The translations under genes and the position numbers were made by a program. 64,000 bases of DNA from a virus. Positions 37,454-48,549 of the stretch are shown here, in pieces. The DNA is taken from IMG/VR virus record IMGVR_UViG_3300014839_001411, positions 5,713 through 69,712 of that record, one strand, 5' to 3'. Each line of letters opens with the position of its first letter. Within the stretch, counting starts at the first letter, position 1. The notes beneath the pieces were generated by a model. That model was given only the letters and a program-made list of their open reading frames with translations. It did no database searches and was not told the origin of the DNA.

Positions 37454-37843
37454 GTGAACTTTGGATCTTACGCTATCTTGCAATCCGTTGAACATCGCCT
37501 GGAGAAGGAACCTGATTGGTTCTGGAAGATCAAGCCGGTCACCACGAAGGAAGAACTTGCCCTTGCCCAGTTTCTCTCCACGGAACGGATGCTCCTGCTC
37601 TCTGATGGAACCCGTATCGGCAGGCGTGTCACCAACATCGAAACGGCCATTCGCGAAATCGCATTGACCTTTGGGGGAACGAATATCGTTGACGGTGATG
37701 GCAAGTTGATCCTTGAAGCCAACGCCACGGTCGAGCAGATTGAAAAAGTTTTGCTCGATATGCCCAATGAACTGACGAACGAGTTGTGGATTGCCGTAGG
37801 CAGCGCCATTCCAACTTGGGGACCCGTTCAAACAAAAAACTAA
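37454..37843 (+). CDS. tail assembly chaperone (G-like)
   Basis: GGAGG RBS + GTG; ends at slippery A AAA AAC. Confidence 0.7.
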   Translation: MNFGSYAILQSVEHRLEKEPDWFWKIKPVTTKEELALAQFLSTERMLLLSDGTRIGRRVTNIETAIREIALTFGGTNIVDGDGKLILEANATVEQIEKVLLDMPNELTNELWIAVGSAIPTWGPVQTKN

Positions 37844-38127
37844 GTGCCGAGGCGGACCTTCATAATCGCCTCGATGAACTGGAGACGGTCGTCAAGGAAG
37901 CGGTAGCGAATGGAACACAGGATGTGGCTCTGAGCCTGTTGCTCGAAATCACTCTGGCGTCCATTCATAGTAACCGGCCAGTCTTTCCGACAATTGCTGA
38001 AGAACCCTTGTTTTATCGCCGCTATATCGTGCGGTGGATACAAGAGGCATTGCACGACAACAAGGACCTACAAGATGCAGAACAATATGGACTGGATGAG
38101 CTGGCGCGCCGGCTCTCCGGGACATAG
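37834..38127 (+). CDS. tail assembly chaperone -1 frameshift extension (GT-like)
   Basis: AAAAAAC at 37834-37840; -1 frame open to 38127. Confidence 0.65.
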   Translation, partial: KKLSAEADLHNRLDELETVVKEAVANGTQDVALSLLLEITLASIHSNRPVFPTIAEEPLFYRRYIVRWIQEALHDNKDLQDAEQYGLDELARRLSGT

Positions 38128-38181
38128 GAAGGAAGAGGACAGTGAGGCTACGCCTCCGGTCTCACTGCCCTCGACTTAATA

Positions 38182-41100
38182 ATGAACCACCTCAAACGTT
38201 TTATCCGTGAATTGCAAGACAACAGTACCAATGTTCCATTTCCGCTCCAGCAAAAGGCAGCGGAATTCATCGCGTCTGCATGGAACACGCGTCCGGATGA
38301 TGCGGCTACTCAGGCAATGCCGGCAAGTTTGGGGAAGGAATTATCCGTTTTTGGTCCTGCGTCAACCATTGGTGAAGCAGAGAATTTGATCCTGGCTTCT
38401 CACTACGGCACCATGGGCGAGTTGGCCCAGGGTGTAATACATAATCCGCGCAGTAGTATGGAAGTCGGCGACGTTTTTGGCGTTACAACGCAAGCAGGGT
38501 TGGAAAGTTTTCACAATTACGATCCAAGCAAAGGATCGTTTGGCACTCATTTAATTTATTCAATGCGCGATGCTCTAAAAACTTCTGGACGCACCTCCGT
38601 TCCGAGCGGTAGTGATGCGCGCCTGGAGAGTATTTCCACGGACAGTTTCCGTGATCCATCAGAAGATCCGGCTGGCTATGTTTCTCCTTGGGGAGGAACA
38701 ACTGCTCCTTATGGAACACCTGACGGAGAACAACCTTCCAACACAACTTGGTATCAGGAATTTCTTCAATCCCTGAATGGGGGTTCTATCCCGACCGGAT
38801 TGTATGCCCCCGCCGGTCAGGGGTTGATGTTGGGCGGACAACTCAATCCAAGACTTTCTATTCATCCATTTCAGGGTTCGCAACAAGTTACTGTCAACGA
38901 CACCGATATTCGTGAATACGCTTCCGCCGTAGACAGTGGAGTACCTTTATCTGCCAAGCCCGGACTGGAAGATCGCGTGGCAACTTCCCTTCGCAAATTG
39001 GCCGGTGGATTGCAGGGCAACGATACGGTTGGCGGTAACGCGCTGGGTTACAACATGCAGCAGGCGGATCGCGAATTTTACGCACAGCCGTTTGGAATGC
39101 AGGAAGCTCGTGGTAGTACCTTCGGGGAAAGTATCGGTTCTTCGGAGAACTCAGTTTTGCAGGCGCAAGGTACTGATACCTCGATGCGTTCGAGAACGCC
39201 GGAACTCATGGAAGCTAATGCAGGCAATGGGCAAAACTTCTTCGATGTTTCTGGCGGACTTCGCTCTTTAGCTGCAACTCCATCTCAGATGGTGTCCGCA
39301 AACATGGTACATGATATTCGCGTTACTGGAAAGATGTCGCGAAATCCCGACGGGAGTTTGCGGGCCGTCAGTCGCGTTAAGTACAATGAAAAATTTGGCG
39401 ATCAGCTTACGCAGGAAAACCGTGCAGGCTATGCAGCCGCAAATCGTGTCAACCCATCCGATATCGATGCTTGGGTGGCTTCTCACGGCGACTTGACCTC
39501 TGGCGTTGCTGGTGTTCCTGAAGAATACGTTGGTCAATATCGTTCTTATATGGAAAATCCCGGAAAGTCTGGCTCAATGAGACCCTTCACAGAAATGCCC
39601 GAACCGGTTCATGCGAGCGCCGGGATCTATGCTCCTGCTAAGAATGGCGGACAACCCCCTGTACCGCCTACTCCTCCCGTCGACCTTGCCACACCTGAAC
39701 CTTCCGACGACGGAAACTTTCATGGTGGTTCCGCCAAGGAAGCCATGGCTTATATTCAAAATAACCACGGCGACTTTGTAAAGAACTTTTTGGGTACTGG
39801 CGAAACCAAGATGGAAGATTTTAAAACTTGGCGAGCTGGTTTATCTGAAGCCCAGGGTGCATCGTTTGATCGTGCTTGGGGAGTTGTGATGCAAGAAAAG
39901 GGTATCGCAGATAAATTTGGAGCTCCATCTGAGTGGCATAGGGCCGTAGTTGCCAACGGTGGATGGAGAGGTTCTGCTCCCAAAAATACTCCCGAACAGT
40001 TTACTCAACCCGTTCCCGAAACAACGAGTTCGCTGATTGATTACGCGGGACGCGATCATATCGCCGGAATTACAGACGATGGGATGCAGCGGGCAGCTCA
40101 GAACCACGTCGAACCTATTCAACCGGTTCAAGCTTCTGTACCCGAGCCCAACGTTCCGCTTCCCGTCGATTTCGATGTCGATCCCGTTAGCGGAAATAGG
40201 CATTCGGCTAATGATTATGCTCCGTGGGAACGTGCTGCGCAAAATCAGGGCGCAAGTGTATTCGGCGCCGGGCGTGGGCCTTCAGGCGCTCATACGCCTT
40301 CCTCGAACCGCGTCACCGCTGAATATCTTGCTGACTGGAAGGTTAATTCTGCGGATTTGTCCCTTCGGAATACCGCCGGTTTTCATGATGAAAGACTTGG
40401 GTCTGCGGAAGTAATTGCATACGATAGAAACACAAAAGAACCATCAAGTGTTCATTTGACTTCTGATGGACAGGAAACTCTGTCTGCTCAAGGCGTCAGT
40501 ACTGCTGTTTCGTGGGCGCAACAAGCTACCGGGCAGGCCCTAAATTCAGGTGCTCTCACTGATGGTATGGATGCCAATTCGGCTTCTGCTACGATGCAAA
40601 AAGCTGTTTGGAGAGCTCTTGACGGCATTGCTAAAAAATATGTTGATGCTTTAGGCGGAGACGATCCCGATCTGAAACTTGCAGCAGAACGCCGGGCTGT
40701 ATCCATCAAGACTGTTGCCGGAAAAATTGCCGGTTCCGTTACCGGTAATATGAGGGAAGACCTCGACCAGCAAGGTGATGACGGGCGCAATCGCGCTATT
40801 CGTTTAGGCAAGGATACTGATCTTGCTCAATCCGCAATGAACTCCAACCCGGAGTTTGCGAGTTGGGTTGACGGTCAACCCGGTGGATTGAACGGTGTAC
40901 TAAATGGTCCCCAGCGGATTATAAATGCCGGTGACGATGTATTCAGCGTAGGCGGGAGTAGTTTCGGTGGCCGCGGTGGCGGACCAGGTGGACCTTCTGG
41001 CGGTGCGGGTGGTCGTTCCATTTACCAAACTCCTGCTGGTCGTTTCATGATGGAAATGGCAATGGCTTCGTATGCTTGGAAAGATACGGGCGGAGCGGTT

Positions 41101-43650
41101 CTCACCGAAGCAGATGCCTATGGAATGTCGCAGGCTTATCAGCAATCCTTAGCGGCTTATGGTGGCGGGTCTGTAACAGGAGCTCCCGCGTATGCTGGTC
41201 AAAAGTCGGTCGCTGCAAGCGAAAGCGGTAGGCTGGCTTATCAGGCTTACGGCGGTTTCGGCAATATCGGTTTCGGTATTGGCGGCGGAGCCATAGGTAA
41301 TGGGTTAATTCAATTAGGCAATGCCGGCAAAATTGCGGCTGGCGCCGGAATTATGGCCGGAGCTGCCGCTTATGGAACGACCTTCCTTGGAGAGGGAGCT
41401 TTAGCCGGAGGGATGATTGGCACTGAAGGCGCGATTGGGGCGGCGGCTCTTCCTATTGGCATTGGTGTAGCCGCCGCGGTAGGTGCGCCATTGCTTGGTA
41501 TGGCTGCCTTCAATGCGTTCACGGGCAATACTCCTGATACGGGTTTATCTCTCATGAATGTTGCTCGCACCGAAGCCATGGCTGGCGGTGAGATGTGGCA
41601 AGGTTCAACTAATGGGAACGTTGGTGAGTGGGGAATGGGTGTTCTTCGCACCATCAATCCTCTTGCAACCACTGGATCGCAGATCCAGGAGAACTTGTCG
41701 AAAGAGTACCCCGGGTTATCCAAGATCGAACAGTATAAACAGGCTCTTGGCCCTGCACTCACAAAACAGTTCCCACAAGCCGCTGCGTGGTTGGCTGGTT
41801 CAACCCCTCAAGAAGATCAAATTCAGGCATTGACTACAAAGATTGCTGCTGACACAGGTCAATCTGAACAGGCAATATCTGCTCAACTTCAACCGATCCA
41901 GTCAATGCTCGGAGGATTGGGAACCGCAAAACAAACTACTCTTGCAACTCAACTAGTAGACCTTTCTCAGGCGACCGGCCAGAACGAAGCCGGGGTTGCG
42001 GCCCAGATGGCTTCCTTGCGCGGCCTCGCTCCGGGCACAACGGGATATGCTTCTCTCGTACAACAGTATGCTGATATTGGTACGGGACCATCTACCAACC
42101 AAGAACGTTTGAGCGCGCAGCTTCAAGCCCAGAGTGACGCTCAGGGTTTCTCTGAGTTCGCGCCTTACTTGCATGGCACGACCACTGATGCTGCTTCGCT
42201 TTATTACAGCACAAAGATGACCATGCCGCAGGCGCAGCAATTCGCGTCCATTGCTTCAGCCGCGGCTTTGTCGCAGGGAAGTCAACTCTCCTTGGGTCAA
42301 GCCCTAAGTCTCGGGGCAGAAAGTCAGAACCTCGGAAAGTATTCAACTTCCGTTGGTTCGATGGCTTCTCAGCTTGACATGATGGGAATTGGAAACTTCT
42401 CGCAAAACTACTCGCAACTCGGTGGATTGGTATCCAATGGTGCCAACGTTCCTGAGATGCAGCAGATCATGTCGGGCAATGCTTATGCCTGGTCTGCGTA
42501 CGGAAGACAAGCCGGGATCGGCGCTGTTCAGACTATGCAAGCTAATGGCCTTGCCGAAGGTACGACCGATATATCTGGGCTGCTTCAATTTGCACGTCAG
42601 CAACCGAATGGTCAGGCCGGATGGACGAACACGCAAGCCTTGTCATCTGCCGGCATTACAAACCCTGGTATTCAGCAGTCCTTGATAACAGGCGGAGCCT
42701 GGCTGGCACAGACCACGCAGGAACAGACGCAACAAGGTTACCAGATGCAGGGTTATGGGATCCAACAGTCCCAACTCTCAAGTAATCTGGCGTACACCAA
42801 TCAGTCCTTCGGCTTCCAACAGGAGCAGACGGGTATCCAGTGGGGAGCCACTCAGTACGGGTTTGGTTCATCGCAAACTCAGTTGAACCTAAGTAATGAG
42901 GCGTTCGCACAGAACCTGTCTCTCTCCAGGCAGCAGAACGCTACCAGTTATGCCTACCAGACCTCCAGCGCCGCCTTCCAGCAAGGCACTATCAAGGAGC
43001 AGGAACAGTTTTCTCGTCAGGACTATAACTTCGGTGTACAGATGAACCAACTTCAGTATGGTTGGAACCTCTCTGATGCGAACCTCGCTATTTCCCGCTC
43101 CACTGGCTTCGAGCGCGCGCAACTTGTAAAACAGCGCGACCGCATGGTGGAAAGCAATACCCTGAACGTCAATCACGCCGCTCAGGACGAAAGTAACCAG
43201 GAAGATCTGTGGAAACGCGAAGATGCTCAGTATCAAAAACAAGTTGAGTACAACACCAAGATGCAGGCTTTGGAACTGGAGGCTTTCAATAACGAAGAGA
43301 GCCAACACAAGAAGATGTCTGATCTTGACCAGAAGAACCTGGACGAACAGATCAAGGTTCAAACCGAACTTCATAATCTGGAACTTCAGATGCAAGCGGC
43401 TGCACATGCTCACGACATCGAGAGCCTGACATTCTCTCAGGAACAACTTGATCTGCAAATCAAGATCAACCAATCTGCTTTCACGTATCAGCAGAACATG
43501 GAAGCCTTCACGCGTTTGCAGGCTACGCAGTCCGCTACATGGCAACAGATAACGTCTTATGCGCCCGCATGGAAAGCAATGATGGATGGTTGGCTGCGCT
43601 TTATGCAAAGCGCCGAAAACATCAGAATACCCAGTGGAGTAGGTCAATAA
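38182..43650 (+). CDS. tape-measure-like protein (1822 aa) with extra N-terminal domains
   Basis: Follows chaperones; Gly/Ala hydrophobic stretch; Gln-rich coiled-coil C-terminus. Confidence 0.75.
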   Translation: MNHLKRFIRELQDNSTNVPFPLQQKAAEFIASAWNTRPDDAATQAMPASLGKELSVFGPASTIGEAENLILASHYGTMGELAQGVIHNPRSSMEVGDVFGVTTQAGLESFHNYDPSKGSFGTHLIYSMRDALKTSGRTSVPSGSDARLESISTDSFRDPSEDPAGYVSPWGGTTAPYGTPDGEQPSNTTWYQEFLQSLNGGSIPTGLYAPAGQGLMLGGQLNPRLSIHPFQGSQQVTVNDTDIREYASAVDSGVPLSAKPGLEDRVATSLRKLAGGLQGNDTVGGNALGYNMQQADREFYAQPFGMQEARGSTFGESIGSSENSVLQAQGTDTSMRSRTPELMEANAGNGQNFFDVSGGLRSLAATPSQMVSANMVHDIRVTGKMSRNPDGSLRAVSRVKYNEKFGDQLTQENRAGYAAANRVNPSDIDAWVASHGDLTSGVAGVPEEYVGQYRSYMENPGKSGSMRPFTEMPEPVHASAGIYAPAKNGGQPPVPPTPPVDLATPEPSDDGNFHGGSAKEAMAYIQNNHGDFVKNFLGTGETKMEDFKTWRAGLSEAQGASFDRAWGVVMQEKGIADKFGAPSEWHRAVVANGGWRGSAPKNTPEQFTQPVPETTSSLIDYAGRDHIAGITDDGMQRAAQNHVEPIQPVQASVPEPNVPLPVDFDVDPVSGNRHSANDYAPWERAAQNQGASVFGAGRGPSGAHTPSSNRVTAEYLADWKVNSADLSLRNTAGFHDERLGSAEVIAYDRNTKEPSSVHLTSDGQETLSAQGVSTAVSWAQQATGQALNSGALTDGMDANSASATMQKAVWRALDGIAKKYVDALGGDDPDLKLAAERRAVSIKTVAGKIAGSVTGNMREDLDQQGDDGRNRAIRLGKDTDLAQSAMNSNPEFASWVDGQPGGLNGVLNGPQRIINAGDDVFSVGGSSFGGRGGGPGGPSGGAGGRSIYQTPAGRFMMEMAMASYAWKDTGGAVLTEADAYGMSQAYQQSLAAYGGGSVTGAPAYAGQKSVAASESGRLAYQAYGGFGNIGFGIGGGAIGNGLIQLGNAGKIAAGAGIMAGAAAYGTTFLGEGALAGGMIGTEGAIGAAALPIGIGVAAAVGAPLLGMAAFNAFTGNTPDTGLSLMNVARTEAMAGGEMWQGSTNGNVGEWGMGVLRTINPLATTGSQIQENLSKEYPGLSKIEQYKQALGPALTKQFPQAAAWLAGSTPQEDQIQALTTKIAADTGQSEQAISAQLQPIQSMLGGLGTAKQTTLATQLVDLSQATGQNEAGVAAQMASLRGLAPGTTGYASLVQQYADIGTGPSTNQERLSAQLQAQSDAQGFSEFAPYLHGTTTDAASLYYSTKMTMPQAQQFASIASAAALSQGSQLSLGQALSLGAESQNLGKYSTSVGSMASQLDMMGIGNFSQNYSQLGGLVSNGANVPEMQQIMSGNAYAWSAYGRQAGIGAVQTMQANGLAEGTTDISGLLQFARQQPNGQAGWTNTQALSSAGITNPGIQQSLITGGAWLAQTTQEQTQQGYQMQGYGIQQSQLSSNLAYTNQSFGFQQEQTGIQWGATQYGFGSSQTQLNLSNEAFAQNLSLSRQQNATSYAYQTSSAAFQQGTIKEQEQFSRQDYNFGVQMNQLQYGWNLSDANLAISRSTGFERAQLVKQRDRMVESNTLNVNHAAQDESNQEDLWKREDAQYQKQVEYNTKMQALELEAFNNEESQHKKMSDLDQKNLDEQIKVQTELHNLELQMQAAAHAHDIESLTFSQEQLDLQIKINQSAFTYQQNMEAFTRLQATQSATWQQITSYAPAWKAMMDGWLRFMQSAENIRIPSGVGQ

Positions 43651-44018
43651 TGAATGCTTACATTACGCTTGACGGCAAGCAATACGCCACGATCCACAAA
43701 CAATGGACACCCACACAAGACCGTCCCGTTGTGGTCAAGAAACTTCTATCGGGGAACCGAAACGTGACCTTTGGCCCGTCTTTATCTCCTCAATGGGCAG
43801 GCACGCTTTCCGTGCCTGTCACTCCAGCCACCGGATACGGGTCGGTTGCCGACCTGCGCACTACTTATGCAAAACTCAGCACACTTACCTTTATTGATCA
43901 CTACGGTGTGACTTACACCGTAGTGATTGATCGCCATGTTGGAGAAGCCTCGCTTACTCCAATGTGGGATGCCAGCACAAATATGTTTCAGATCAACATC
44001 ACGTTGGTGCAAATCTAA
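43650..44018 (+). CDS. distal tail protein-like
   Basis: TAATG coupling to tape measure; size and position. Confidence 0.55.
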   Translation: MNAYITLDGKQYATIHKQWTPTQDRPVVVKKLLSGNRNVTFGPSLSPQWAGTLSVPVTPATGYGSVADLRTTYAKLSTLTFIDHYGVTYTVVIDRHVGEASLTPMWDASTNMFQINITLVQI

Positions 44019-47000
44019 TGAAACCAGGAATGTCATCCCTTCTTTCTCTTATTCCCAAACCGAAAACCGTGGGGGCTCGGGTGACTTTTCGTTCCAAGAG
44101 ACCGGCGTTCTCAAATGTTGCGCTGACGGACAGTCTTGGGATCACCGACCCGACCCTGATCGATAGTTGCGTTTATGGAACTGGAATTCTGCGCGTCGTA
44201 AACAACCCCGCCAACAACCATCTCTACACTCAGAACATCACGAGTATTTCCAGTGCGTGGCCGGCATGGGTAGACAGCGGGATCATCCTTTTGACTGGAT
44301 CAAATCCCGGAGTAGAGGCTGGTTACGTGTGGTACCAGAAGTCCGACAACACCATCAATTATCGAAACTTTGCCGCCTTTACAATCGAGGTTTCTGCTTC
44401 CATCAGTTATGCCTATCCAGCCGTACTGGCTCCAGTGACTGTAACGACTTGCTACGCGTTCTATTACGCCACTCGATGGAATATCGCCTACATTGCCTCG
44501 GGCGTTTCGACTGTCTGGGCCGGCGGAGTTTTTGGGATAAAGTCGACTACTGACCAGTTCGACGCAGTTACCACCACTGACCAATTCGGAAATGCCGTCG
44601 ACTATGTGTACTACCAGGACTTGGATGCGGGCCGCGTGATTGAACTCTCGTATCGGCCAACCACCTACACTTGGGGCCAACCCCGTTCGATCATTGCCAT
44701 CGATGCCATCAATGCTCTATACGGCTTGAAGCTGTATGGCGCCAGTCTGATCAATGGTATGTCGGTTGTAACTGGCCGCCTTACCCGTACCAGCGACGGA
44801 GACCCGGTTTCCATGGATGTCTACCTCATAGGCCCGGAGATATACACCCTGGGGCGGGATATGTTCATTTCGGCCACACAGGTCGGCGGGAAACTTCTCT
44901 TGGTTGGCACGCAACTCGTGACTGCTGGATGTGCCCAGTATGCTCTGGCGACAGCCACGAACTTGTTTGGCGTCGATACGGCAAGTCTCAAACTGGCGAC
45001 GTCGGATATCGTGAACTTGAACCTGGTGGAAAGCGAGAACCGCAGTTCCACGCTTCAACTCACCATGTCGCCTGCACTTTACCCGCACGCAGCCCTAGTC
45101 AGAGGAGCCGAAGTGATCCTCGAAGTTTCCTACAACGGAAACTATGGCGTCGCCTTGACTGGCGAGATCGACCGTATCCTTTTCTCTCGAGGCGAAGGAC
45201 AAGACTTGGTCGTTTATATTACCTCCACGTCCACCAAACGTCTGGCCGGCTGGCAGCCCGACCAGGGGATTTATATCCCATCCCAAACCACCGCCATTGG
45301 CGCTGCGTCTGACCTCACTCAATTCGTTGAGGACGATGGTGGCGTCATGCAAATCTGCGGGACATTCCAAACTGGCAAGGGTACGATTTATAACGATACA
45401 GACGCCGGCTGGACCTACACCGGCGCGTGGGGCACAGATGCTACTCAAGGATGGAACCCTGTTACTGGAGTATACGGTGCTTCCGTTCATTACAACAATA
45501 CTTATACTGGTACGCAGACCGCTGTGTTTGTTTTCACAGGAGTAGGTTTTATTTTCTACTACACCAAACTGAACAATCGCGACAAAATTAAGGTCAAAGT
45601 TGATGGAGTAGCAGTCGCCACTGTAGATGCTAATAACGGTAGTTCAACTCCCGTGCAAGGATCTTATGTCAGTAGCGTTTTCGCGTATGGTTCTCATACT
45701 GTGACGATTACTCATGGAAGTGTTTCTGGACAATACATCGATGTTGACGCCATCGAAATATTCACTTTACCAACCAACGCGGTGGCTCCTGGGAATTTCA
45801 ATCAATGGAATATGATGTACACCGCTTGCAATTCATCGCGCGGTGGTGTTATGCGCGCGCGTTTTTACAACGAAGCCATTACAGACCTGACCACCCACAA
45901 CCCGCGTTTCGGTGTCGGTCTTAACTACTATCGTGAATGCGCCTCAGATGCTGCCACTCGTCTTGGTGTGAACTATGACAAAGTTGGCCCAAACCAGCTT
46001 CAGTACAACGGCCTTGTGGCGATTTACAGCCGCAATGAAGCTGGCGGTTCCGAAGGTGTCGCTCTGTACGACTGGAAAGCCAACGTTATGACTTCTTTGG
46101 CTACCAGGACCCTTACAGCCGCGAAGGGCGCCATGATCTGGTTCCAGATGTACTTTGTGGAAGGCGTCGTCAAGGTAGACTATCAAGTAGACGGCGCAAC
46201 CACGTGGACAAATCTGATCTCTTATTCGTACAACAGTTCCAGTCCATGGGCTAATCAAAACCTTGGGCATGGTTTCATTGTGATGCAGCAACAATTAACC
46301 AAATCTGTTAATTCCTATGAATTTGGAAGTGCAGATATGGTAATGGGTTTGTCCAGTATCAGTTCTCTTCCATCCTCTGGCAGTTTGATGGTGGATCAAG
46401 AAATATTGTCTTACACATCGAAAACTGCGTTTACAGACGCGTCTCTTGTGGCGTCTACGTACCCGATAGCAAACTGGCAGGCGTTTCGTTTGATCCCAGG
46501 AAATGGTGCAAGCACTGCTTATCCGTGGATCCCTGTATATGGATATCGATCCTATGGATCGAACGCCCTGCTCGGCGCAGCCATAATTTTTGTTGGATTG
46601 AGACGGTCAATTCAATGCCAACTTTTCGATCCGGTAAGTAACTACAACGCTCCCAATCTGACCCTTTGGTATCCGAACAGTTTTACTTATTATCCTGGGT
46701 GGTTGATGGACATCAACGATACAACCAAAGGTTTTTGGGGTCCCTTGAACGGCTGGAGTGGATCATACGAATATTACCAGTTGTATTACTTCAACGAAGA
46801 CCCCACTTCGTTTATTCCGACCGATGGTGTCACTAACTATCAAGGTCTTTCTAATATACCCTACTTGCTAAAGCAGAGCGTTCGGATTGCACCCGGCGTC
46901 AATATTTCTGCGCGTGGAGTATCCGGTACGTCTGCTATCGAACACGATAACGGGAAAGCATATTTAGTTATTCCTACTCAGCTTTATTGCAACCAAATTG

Positions 47001-48100
47001 AGTATTTCACACAAGACGAAGATGTTTCGCTTGGAGATGCTCTCCAGCATGTGATTGGGCAGACTGGCGGAAAAGCAGAACAAAACTTTCTTATCGACCA
47101 GGATCAGATTGGCGCCGCAGGCACCTGGACGAATGTCCAAATTTCTGATACCAGCCTGATCAACTTTATCGCCGAGGCGTCAATCCCTACTTTGGCGAAC
47201 AACGTCGCAGTAGGGATGGCGTTTCGCTCGCCAACTCCTGTCCCAGTGAGTGCCTGTCCAGTGAATGGATACTGGCTGTCCTTGACTTACAACGGAACAA
47301 GTTCTCTGATTTCTCTCTATTCTTATGTTTCGAGCGCGCAGACCCTGCTCAAGCAATACACCATTTCGTCTCTTGTTCAGGCCGGGAGACTGAAGGTCTC
47401 GCTTCACGCAAATGTGATCTCCGTCTGGCTGGACCATAAGTTCCTGTTTTCTTTCAACGACAGCACCTATACCGCCGGAGCCTACAAGGCGTTCACGATC
47501 TACAATCCCGGCGGCTCACCCACAAGCGCCTGCCACTTCTTGTATTCGGAAATCAACGATCTTCTCGCGGACATTACAGTTGGGACGCGAGGAAATGGGA
47601 TGCAATGCCTGGATGATATGACCAATAACCGCCGCGTATATTTCCGCTCAAACGCCGATGGCAGCATGTTCTTCTGGAAAATGCCAATTGCTGGCGGGAC
47701 GCTCCCCGACATCGTGGTTTCAGCCCAGCACGAGATCGACGATACACGTATAACCCGCATGCGCCTGGAGGGACTAGACGTGGTGGAGACGGCTGACTTC
47801 GACGGACTTTCCGCCGTCGGAAACATCTTCGAGGACGATAGTTCTTACTACTCCAATTCCGTACTGGACGAAATGGGTGAGGCTGCCTATTATCTCAACG
47901 CTTCGAGACAGCGTTCGGAGTTCTGGAACCTAGATACGGTTTTTCACCCGGCTCTTCAGCCAGGCGATCTGGTGAGTGTTCCCATCGCGTCCGAGCCCGG
48001 GACACCGATCAGTATGGGAATTATGAGTACCCAGTTAACTCTTGGTTTCAATGGCGATACGTTCGATATCTCATCTTTGGTTCAAGGATTTACCGCATGA
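44018..48100 (+). CDS. tail tip/hub protein with carbohydrate-binding-like insert
   Basis: YNDTDAGWTYTGAW...FTGVGF...GSHTVTI...IDVDAI jelly-roll pattern; HPALQPGDLV hub-type C-terminus. Confidence 0.7.
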   Translation: MKPGMSSLLSLIPKPKTVGARVTFRSKRPAFSNVALTDSLGITDPTLIDSCVYGTGILRVVNNPANNHLYTQNITSISSAWPAWVDSGIILLTGSNPGVEAGYVWYQKSDNTINYRNFAAFTIEVSASISYAYPAVLAPVTVTTCYAFYYATRWNIAYIASGVSTVWAGGVFGIKSTTDQFDAVTTTDQFGNAVDYVYYQDLDAGRVIELSYRPTTYTWGQPRSIIAIDAINALYGLKLYGASLINGMSVVTGRLTRTSDGDPVSMDVYLIGPEIYTLGRDMFISATQVGGKLLLVGTQLVTAGCAQYALATATNLFGVDTASLKLATSDIVNLNLVESENRSSTLQLTMSPALYPHAALVRGAEVILEVSYNGNYGVALTGEIDRILFSRGEGQDLVVYITSTSTKRLAGWQPDQGIYIPSQTTAIGAASDLTQFVEDDGGVMQICGTFQTGKGTIYNDTDAGWTYTGAWGTDATQGWNPVTGVYGASVHYNNTYTGTQTAVFVFTGVGFIFYYTKLNNRDKIKVKVDGVAVATVDANNGSSTPVQGSYVSSVFAYGSHTVTITHGSVSGQYIDVDAIEIFTLPTNAVAPGNFNQWNMMYTACNSSRGGVMRARFYNEAITDLTTHNPRFGVGLNYYRECASDAATRLGVNYDKVGPNQLQYNGLVAIYSRNEAGGSEGVALYDWKANVMTSLATRTLTAAKGAMIWFQMYFVEGVVKVDYQVDGATTWTNLISYSYNSSSPWANQNLGHGFIVMQQQLTKSVNSYEFGSADMVMGLSSISSLPSSGSLMVDQEILSYTSKTAFTDASLVASTYPIANWQAFRLIPGNGASTAYPWIPVYGYRSYGSNALLGAAIIFVGLRRSIQCQLFDPVSNYNAPNLTLWYPNSFTYYPGWLMDINDTTKGFWGPLNGWSGSYEYYQLYYFNEDPTSFIPTDGVTNYQGLSNIPYLLKQSVRIAPGVNISARGVSGTSAIEHDNGKAYLVIPTQLYCNQIEYFTQDEDVSLGDALQHVIGQTGGKAEQNFLIDQDQIGAAGTWTNVQISDTSLINFIAEASIPTLANNVAVGMAFRSPTPVPVSACPVNGYWLSLTYNGTSSLISLYSYVSSAQTLLKQYTISSLVQAGRLKVSLHANVISVWLDHKFLFSFNDSTYTAGAYKAFTIYNPGGSPTSACHFLYSEINDLLADITVGTRGNGMQCLDDMTNNRRVYFRSNADGSMFFWKMPIAGGTLPDIVVSAQHEIDDTRITRMRLEGLDVVETADFDGLSAVGNIFEDDSSYYSNSVLDEMGEAAYYLNASRQRSEFWNLDTVFHPALQPGDLVSVPIASEPGTPISMGIMSTQLTLGFNGDTFDISSLVQGFTA

Positions 48101-48540
48101 GCGACTTATACGCAAACCTAAAGAAATTCGCAGATACTCAGGACAAGAACCGGCCCAGCAAGGGGACGGTCTTTGCTATTGACGGCATCACGGTGGACGT
48201 CTTTATCATGGCGCATTCGACTGTTCTGCGCCATGTTCAAACGATTGGCGTGGCAACGGCTATAGGCCAACCCGTGACCCTTTCCTGGGACAACGGAGTA
48301 CCAACCGCTCACATTGTCGGGGCAACCGCCCCTTCCCCAATCGTCCAGAACAACATCCTTACCAACCCTTCCTCTCAAGGCGCCCCATCAACGGGTGATG
48401 TGGACATGGGCAACTACAAGATCGTCAATCTGGCTGCGCCAGTCAGTCCAAACGATGCGGTCAATAAACAATATACAGACAATTACGCCACCGGCATTCA
48501 ACCGGCGATCAAGTGGATCATGTCTCAAACTTATATCTAA
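48097..48540 (+). CDS. minor tail protein
   Basis: DMGNYKIVNLAAPVSPNDAVNKQYTD fibre neck motif. Confidence 0.65.
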   Translation: MSDLYANLKKFADTQDKNRPSKGTVFAIDGITVDVFIMAHSTVLRHVQTIGVATAIGQPVTLSWDNGVPTAHIVGATAPSPIVQNNILTNPSSQGAPSTGDVDMGNYKIVNLAAPVSPNDAVNKQYTDNYATGIQPAIKWIMSQTYI

Positions 48541-48549
48541 GGATCAACT

